Shown here: piece after piece, positions 56,863-64,000 of the stretch | Layout: each line of letters starts with the position of its first letter | Numbering within the stretch: the stretch's first letter is position 1 | Origin: the human T2T-CHM13v2.0 reference genome, Homo sapiens | DNA: 64,000 nt | Assembly: GCF_009914755.1 (NCBI RefSeq) | Contig: NC_060927.1 | Reading direction: 5' to 3' (one strand) | Notes under the pieces: generated by a model | What the model saw: the letters and a program-made list of their open reading frames with translations, nothing else | Databases searched by the model: none | Told to the model about the DNA's origin: nothing | Program-made: the position numbers and the translations under genes

Positions 56863-58352
56863 AAATGATATATGTATATTTTTAAATTTTTCTGTTATAA
56901 CTGATTCAAATTGTTCTTCACCTCTAATCAATTATCTCTAATCAATTATGTTTCTTTGCGATAACTTTGAAATGGGTTATATATTTTCATGACTCAGTTT
57001 TGACAGTATTCAAGTGCTAAATTGAATCTCTACATTCATGTTGCCAAGAGTTTTGAAAGTAATTGTTGTTAGTTAGTATACTTATCAGAAATTTTAGAGG
57101 CCCAGAATTCTCTTTCAAGTTCTGTGCTTTCCATACCAGTATTTTAGTTTTGCATTTTTGTTTTGCCTAAACAGTTTGAACTTTGTGCTCTGTCATAAAC
57201 TCCTACTTTTACTTTTCTGCTTTTTGCTACAATTTGTTTATTTGGACTAGTGTTAATTTATCACCTAGAAAAGAATGTTATTTTAGGAATTTTTGTATCA
57301 GTTTAACTCATGGAACTGAAAATCTGTCTCATGTCTCAGTGCAAAAGAATGGGAATATATTTTAGATTTCATAATTAGCATGTGCTTAAAAGGGTTTTTA
57401 TATTCTTTGTGTGCAATGCTTAGCAAAGTTTATACATGTTTGGAGGATTAGGTACACCTAGAAAATATAATCTACCAGAGGGAGTTCTATTATCTTATGG
57501 TTTTCAGCAAGTTTAACTCCATGGAATTGCAGACAGAAAGAGATATTGTATAAATATGCCAGTCATATTTTGACATCGCAGTCTTGTATTGACACTTTCA
57601 TCAAACTGTGGGAGAACAGAGCATTTCTTGAGGTATAAGTTCTTGTAAGTATTTTGCAGAACAAAAGTTTTCTCTTCTATTTGTACTAAATCTTCTAGGC
57701 CACAAAGCGTCAAGAAGAAAATTGACTAAATAATTATGGGTTCTGTACCTTCTCCCAGAATACTTACCCTTGACCTGAGGAATAACTTTCTTTCATGGTA
57801 AGATTGACCCAAAATATGGCTTGAAATGAACTTTCTCTGCTCTAGTATTAAGAAATAATAGCACACACTCTTGGTACTTCTCTTTTCATGATTTGTTCGT
57901 GGGTTTCTGTCAACATCAATAAAGTGGTTCTTTGTAATAGCCAATCATTTGTTTAATGCATGCCTCATTTCTACTCATCTTAGAAAGAAAAGTCAAGAAG
58001 TCCCACAGAAATGCCCCAAAGGAAAAAATAAAATAAAACAAAATGGCTTAATTCATGACACTTGTGATTTATTGAGTCTTCTTTCATCTGTCATGTAAGA
58101 TGTACAAGCACCAGGTTAAATTTTTATTTTTGGTTGGTTTCTCTGACAGAGACTCATAATTCTGCCCTAGAGTTAAATCTTATGGAAAAAAACACTGAAA
58201 ATAAATAGCACGTTTCTTCCTCTAGATGCCATCTTTTCTCTGTCACATAACAATGCGGATTTGCTCCCAATAGTTTATGTGCATAGCTTTCAAATCTAAC
58301 GCTGGTAGCAATCAAACAAGTTAAGTATAAATCTTATTTATGTGTGACCCTT

Positions 58353-58375
58353 CTCTCTCTCTCTCTCTCTCTCTC

Positions 58376-58410
<35 letters not shown>
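58353..58410. repeat. (CT)12-A-T33 polypyrimidine tract
   Basis: Directly visible; the T33 is the Alu tail. Confidence 0.95.
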
Positions 58411-58411
<1 letters not shown>

Positions 58412-58724
58412 AGATGGAGTATCCCTCTGTCGCCCAGGCTGGAGTGCAATGGCACAATCTCAGCTCACTGCAACCTCTGCCTCCTGGGATCTCGGCTCAC
58501 TGCAACCTTTGCCTCCTGGATTCAAGCAATTCTCCTGCCTCAGCCTCCCAAGTAGCTGGGATTACAGATGCCTGCCACTATGCCAAGCTAACTTTTATAT
58601 TTTTAGTAGAGATGGGGTTTCACCATGTTGGTCAGTGTGGTCTCAAACTCCTAACCTCAGGTGATCCACCTGCCTTGGCCTCCCAAAGTGCTAGGATTAC
58701 AGGTGTGAGCCACCGCGCCCGACC
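58378..58724 (-). mobile_element. AluS (Sx/Sq-like) with internal 32-bp tandem duplication
   Basis: 'acctcaggtgatccacc'; duplicated unit at 58457-58488 and 58489-58520. Confidence 0.94.
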
Positions 58725-59939
58725 TCTATATTTTTTAAATGCCTCATGTTTCCATTTTAACTTGATCTTGCATATATAACCATTTAACCAAGCTTGCTAA
58801 GACTTAAAGAGGTATAATTTTAGCTTGTCAATATTCATTGTTTTGAGCCCTGTTTATAATGAAGTATAACAATAAGCATTATTATGCTTTAGTGAATTGA
58901 ACTTGAATATGCTTGAGTGACCTGACTTGCTCACATTAAAAACGGAACAACAGAACCGTAGAAAAAGTGGAGTAATCTCAAGATTTTCTTGTAAACGTTA
59001 CATTAAGAGACTTTATTTGACAACCTAATCAAAAAACTGACCATGTGTTTTCCTCTTCCCATCATTTTCTCAGATTCCCTTTCTATCATTTTCTCTCCCA
59101 TCAGTTATCCTCATCATCCATAGCGATTGCAAAGCACATCGCAAATGTGAATAGCTATATTGTTCCTGCATGATAGTAATGAGTATACTGCTACCTCCAA
59201 AGGGGCTGAAAGTTAAGATAGGTCTTTTACAAAGCAGGAAACATAACCTTAAGCATAATTATAAATTATATATATAATCATGCTCTCTTTTCTTTAGGAT
59301 AAGTGATTAGTGTTCAAGTTTAGTGCTTATATTTGCTATAAAAATGTACATTGTGCTCATTTATGTTTTGGTACGGACAGATCCTTTATATGACCACTGT
59401 GCTAAATATTTTTTTAAATCACTGACTAGACATCCTGATTTATGTGTCTAGATTTATATTTCCAGAAACATACACTGTAACTTATTCTGTTTAATGGCTA
59501 AGACACTTCTGCATAATTTACATTGAGACTAAAGTGGTTTTTTACTGAGATACTTTTCTCTATGACAAACCAACATTATGATATCTGATAGAAATACAAC
59601 ACTCTTCTTTACATTTTTTCCCCAAATTTTAGAATGAATTAAAGACAAATACCCATCAGAAAACATTCCTTGAAAATGCATAATTGTGATGTGTGATGCT
59701 GTACAGAGCAAATTCAGACTAATACATAGACCTCAAATTCATGACTATAATTTTCTCTGGATAGTTAGAAAGGTATTTTAAGGTGTTTCATGCCTGAGGA
59801 ATAATGTCATTATTGAATGCATATACATACATGGATGCCTCTGAGGATGTCCTATATCTAATAAACAGCCCAAGTCATGGGCAAATATATATCTTATAAA
59901 CAGGGGGATGGGAAAAGCATGCCAATTTATTTCTATTGA

Positions 59940-60130
59940 GCTAAAATTTAGGGTCCACATTTATTTATTGACTATGATCTTGGGTAAATGACTGAGTTTT
60001 CTTGTGTCTCAATTTACTTATTTGTAAAATAAATCATGTTACTTCAAAAGATTATTGCAAAGATTAACTACTATTAGCATATAAGAAAGCTTAACATACT
60101 TTATTCATACAGTCATTCTTCAGTTTCATA
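59940..60130 (+). mobile_element. MIR SINE
   Basis: 'tatgatcttgggtaaatgact...tctcaattt...tgtaaaat...gattattgcaaagattaa'. Confidence 0.7.
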
Positions 60131-61373
60131 AATGTGCCCTTCTCGGTAGAGAAATGGGTAACATCAGTGAACTAGGTTGAGACCGAAGCTGTACATAATG
60201 ATAATTTCAATGATTTGATCAATAATTTCAAATTGATTTTTGTTCATCCTAAGACAAAACTTTGAATTCTCTATCTTTTCTGTTTGTCCCCTCTTAGCTA
60301 GGTTGGAAATACTATTCTTGTTTTGTTCTTTAAAGGCAAATAGTAAAATGTTTATCCATTATTTTTCAAACACTGATTACTGTAGACAGTGTCAACATGA
60401 TCAGTGTTTGAGTTTTAAAGCAATAGTTGAATCAAGTTGCTTCACAGTGGTTTCTTCAAAATACCACAAAATGACAGGAACACTTACGCAGTGAACACTT
60501 GGATTTGCTTCTTGATCCTTGGTATTTGAAACATGTATGGAATGCATCCTCTGTGTCAGCCAAGACAGCCTCTGGAGAGTGAGGCAGGTTTGTGTGTTGA
60601 GGGAAGGGGGTGTGCAAGGGGGTGGCCATGGCTACATTAGTTGCCTCTGCTTCTGATATCTGTTTTTCATTACATTTTGATAGATTATGTCATCTTTTTG
60701 TCACATACATTTTCACCCAAGTCTGGAACTATATTTCTCTTTCATTTCCAACTTACATCCTCAAAATCATTCATGGAAGCCTTTGTCTATATAACAAATT
60801 TCTCTACTATTTTGAGGGAACATGTCCTATTGTAGAAAGATAAACCTTTTACAATTGTTCGTCATAAGAGGAAATCTGCTTTAAAAATATTTCATAGGGC
60901 TGTCTTACTCTTATTCCTAAAAAAAGTTATTACTGTAGAACTAGTTAGCAAGAGTTACTCTGTTCTGGGTTACTTGGGATTCACTGTTAGCAAAGACTAA
61001 CAATTAGTTTGTATATCCGTATATGGATGTAGGTGGTCACAGTAATTTCCTGCTTGATTTTTTTTGAATTCCAATTAATATAGGAAGTTTCTGAATTTCT
61101 AGGTATTTCAGGATTTGCATATACTTAGAGTTCAATTATGTTTTAAACACATTATCTGTGCAAGTGACTGTCCTAAATGTTGTGGCTAAAGAGGAGGAAG
61201 CATAAAAAAATTAAAAAAATTAAAAACTGTTCTTACCCATCTCCCACCCCAGCCCCAAATTTTAAAATCTAGCAAAGTAAAAAGCTGCATGCAAATTTTT
61301 TTTTTTTAAAAAAATACAAGGCAGATTGTTTTATATTCATGTAACAATTGTCAGGCACAGGAGCCTAAGCAGA

Positions 61374-61477
61374 CACATTCCTGGTGTGGTTATTCATAAC
61401 TTAGCTAAGCAATGTCTGCTATTTATCACTGCACTTATAGGCTGGTGAGAGTCTCTCATTGCCCACTGCTGAGTCAC
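61374..61477. promoter_or_regulatory. candidate enhancer: TEAD + RUNX + NRF2/NF-E2 ARE
   Basis: ACATTCC at 61375-61381, TGTGGTT at 61385-61391 and TGCTGAGTCAC at 61467-61477. Confidence 0.4.
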
Positions 61478-62589
61478 TCACCTTTTCATTTTGAAAGCAA
61501 GTTTGGCCATTTTTTTTAAACAACACTTTTGCTCAAATAACATGAAAAATTCCAAGTCCCTTTGGAGTTTTACTCTTACTACTACTGTAGCAGTTTGTTC
61601 ATATTAGGATCTCGCAGACTATCTAGAAGCAATGAATTATTATCTAGTCTTGCAAAGATCTAGTATAAGAAAGGATAAATAAAACTAACAAATTTTAAAA
61701 TGGTATGAATTCAGGTTTTGTGACTTTTTCCTTATTAATAAAAAAGGATTAGTGATACTAATGCTACTGGATTTGTAGAAAGGTTAAATGTAAGAATATG
61801 GACAATTGGTTGGAGACATGGTAGGCATTCCATAAATGTAAGCTCACTGCGAACTTCTTAGAACTCTGTGTAGAGTATGTATTCCTATGTTTGTTGAGGA
61901 GGGGCATTTTAGTTAATATGTAGATCCTACTTTTAATTATTATTTTCACTCTTTAAATGTTAGTTCTTCACTTCTAGAGTTGTTATTCTGTTGGCTTCTC
62001 ATTTTTTCCCCTTTTTTTCTTCCAAGTGCAAAATTTTAAGTGAAATCTCAGGCAGCCCTCATTTAACAATTTCATGTGAAAAAATAACCATTGTGAACTC
62101 TCAGAGTAGTAATTACAGGAAGTTATGAAACTTTGCTAACTTTTACTAACAGATAAAGCATTTTCTTTTGATTGTTAGGAAATCGTGTGTGGACAGCACG
62201 GGAGAACACACTCTGCCTGTACACATTGCCAACTCTTGCTTCATTGAGTTTCACAAACAATCCCAAGCTTAATTTTAGCCAAAAATGTAAACCAGTTCCC
62301 ACAGTAAAAGTTGTGCTAATTTCCAAGTTGATTTTTATTTCTTTTTCATTCCTCTGTTGTTTGAACTGGTCAAATTGAGCAGTGAGATGGCCAAGGGACA
62401 AAGGGTAAGGCCAGGGGGGTCACTAAACCAAGACCAGGCTCTAGGATTTCAATGTTTCTTTCTTCTTTCTTGCCGTCAGTAAAGATCCCCTAGGCATTGA
62501 CATTTTAAAAACTCTCCATGTCTTCTGTTAACTCCCTTAGGATCCTGATCTCTGTAACAATGATGGATGGTGACACTTAATTATGGACA

Positions 62590-62835
62590 CTCACAGGCAT
62601 CCAATTCAAGCAATCCTGGCTTCCAAGCCCAGATCTGCCCCTTACTAGCAGTGTGACTTCACGTGAGTTAGGCTCTCAGTTTTTTTCATCTTTAAAATGG
62701 GGATTATATTTCCTGATTATAGTAGCTGATTATAATACAGATTATGGTGCCAATCTCAGAGGTAAGATAAATGCACTTAGCATACAACATAGAACACAGT
62801 AAGTGCTGAATAAATGGTACCTGCCATTATTATTG
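62590..62835 (+). mobile_element. MIR SINE
   Basis: 'ctgccccttactagcagtgtgac...ctctcagttt...catctttaaaatgggga...cagtaagtgctgaataaatg'. Confidence 0.85.
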
Positions 62836-63111
62836 CAAGCTAATTAAAAACGATCATTTGTACTAAATTATGTTTTATTCAAGGAAGGTAATGTCATTCC
62901 TCACCAATTAATCATTTGTTGATGAAAGGCCCTTGAGTAGCAATGTCACACACTGTATGAGAACTGGAAAGGATAGATCTTTTGTTACATCAGCCACCCT
63001 GTCTCATAGATGACTGCTGGCTCCTCTTTTCTGCACGAAGGCCAGAACATGAAAAGTTAGATATTTATAAAATTGCTCAATTCATAATATTTGAGAGTTG
63101 ATGATAATTTC

Positions 63112-63550
63112 TGTTTTAGTTCTTGCTCCCCAAGGAGCAGATGCTTCTGGGGAGGTTCAGGAGCACGTGAAGAAACAACACTGATAGATGGCGATCGGGA
63201 CAAGAGCACCTTATTAATTCAGCTACCACTGTGGGTGACTGCAGGTCAATACCCTAGGGCAACTCCAAGAGCCAGTGTAGGGTACACATCTTAGAGTCAT
63301 CATACACAAGGGGTGAGGGAGCTAGGTTATTTATACACCAACCCCTGATTGACTAGTAAAATGTCTCCCCTGGTCGTTTGGGTTTTTTTTAATTTTTAAT
63401 TTTTGTAGGTACCCCTAGTAGTTGTGATTTCTCCAAAACTTCTAACTTGCTACAAAGGAGGACAACAGAGATTATCCAGCCAGAGAAGTTCTTACATAAA
63501 GAAATGCAGGGCCTGTGTGCTCAGCATGGTAAGGACAAGGTAATATAAAC
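63112..63550 (-). mobile_element. ERVL LTR (LTR16/LTR33-like)
   Basis: 'aggggtgagggagctaggttatttatacaccaac' and a terminal 'tgttttagtt...tccccaagg'. The right boundary is approximate. Confidence 0.6.
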
Positions 63551-64000
63551 AGGCACAAAAAGCATTTGTTTTTATTTCTTATACAGTAATATGGATCTAA
63601 GTTTGGGAAAATTTTAATGGAATCTTCCTGAACATATATTCTTAATGATACAATTGGTTTATATTAAAATTTGCTATTGAAACAAATGTAGTTTTGGTAA
63701 AGAAAAGCTATCATATACCTATGGAATTTTAGACAACTTCCTCCAAACCATTAATCTTTGCACACTTGCTTCTTAATGAGCCCATTTGCACAATCCTATT
63801 TATCATTTTACTTACATGCTTGTCCATCTCTCTGAAACGTTGGGGGAACATGACCAGAACTTCACCCGGTTTACTTTTCTTTCCATTGTTTAATCCACCT
63901 ATCTGAGCTACCTTGTTTACCAATGTTACCCATGAACTGACAGGAGTTTATTTTAATCTAATATTCTGCTTTTCAAAGGAAGAAACTTATTACAGTTTGA

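Noticed and set aside
63729-63940. 64-aa minus-strand ORF and possible exon 63936-63816 ending 'cat|gtaagt'
   Set aside because: The polypyrimidine tract is weak, the start is not ATG, and the peptide is unrecognisable.

Overview
AT-rich, CpG-poor primate (human-like) genomic DNA that is intronic or intergenic. No intact protein-coding gene, RNA gene or CRISPR array is supported, and I cannot name the locus. The largest feature is a full-length (~6.16 kb) but inactivated L1PA5-like LINE-1 on the + strand (36739-42899) with target-site duplications. There are 13 Alu/FLAM SINEs (J, S and Y ages), a Tigger3b, MER5/MER3 hAT elements, an MSTA solo LTR with a perfect TSD, older LTR16/MLT1/L1M/L2/MIR relics and several microsatellites. 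The ORF track is almost entirely repeat-derived or chance ORFs. The signals most worth following are: (1) a coherent set of minus-strand splice signals at 18.4-18.8 kb, with a 26-nt micro-exon and an exon ending in an 11-codon ATG frame; (2) a still-open ORF0 frame and retained antisense splice donors in the L1 5'UTR, pointing toward those exons; (3) a repeat-free, promoter-like island at ~9-12.5 kb; (4) an unexplained 115-bp hairpin at 46.2 kb; (5) candidate exons at 57.6-57.8 kb flanked by inverted Alus; and (6) motif-dense candidate enhancers. All of these are hypotheses from motif reading. Repeat subfamily calls are from memory of consensus sequences, not from a RepeatMasker run.
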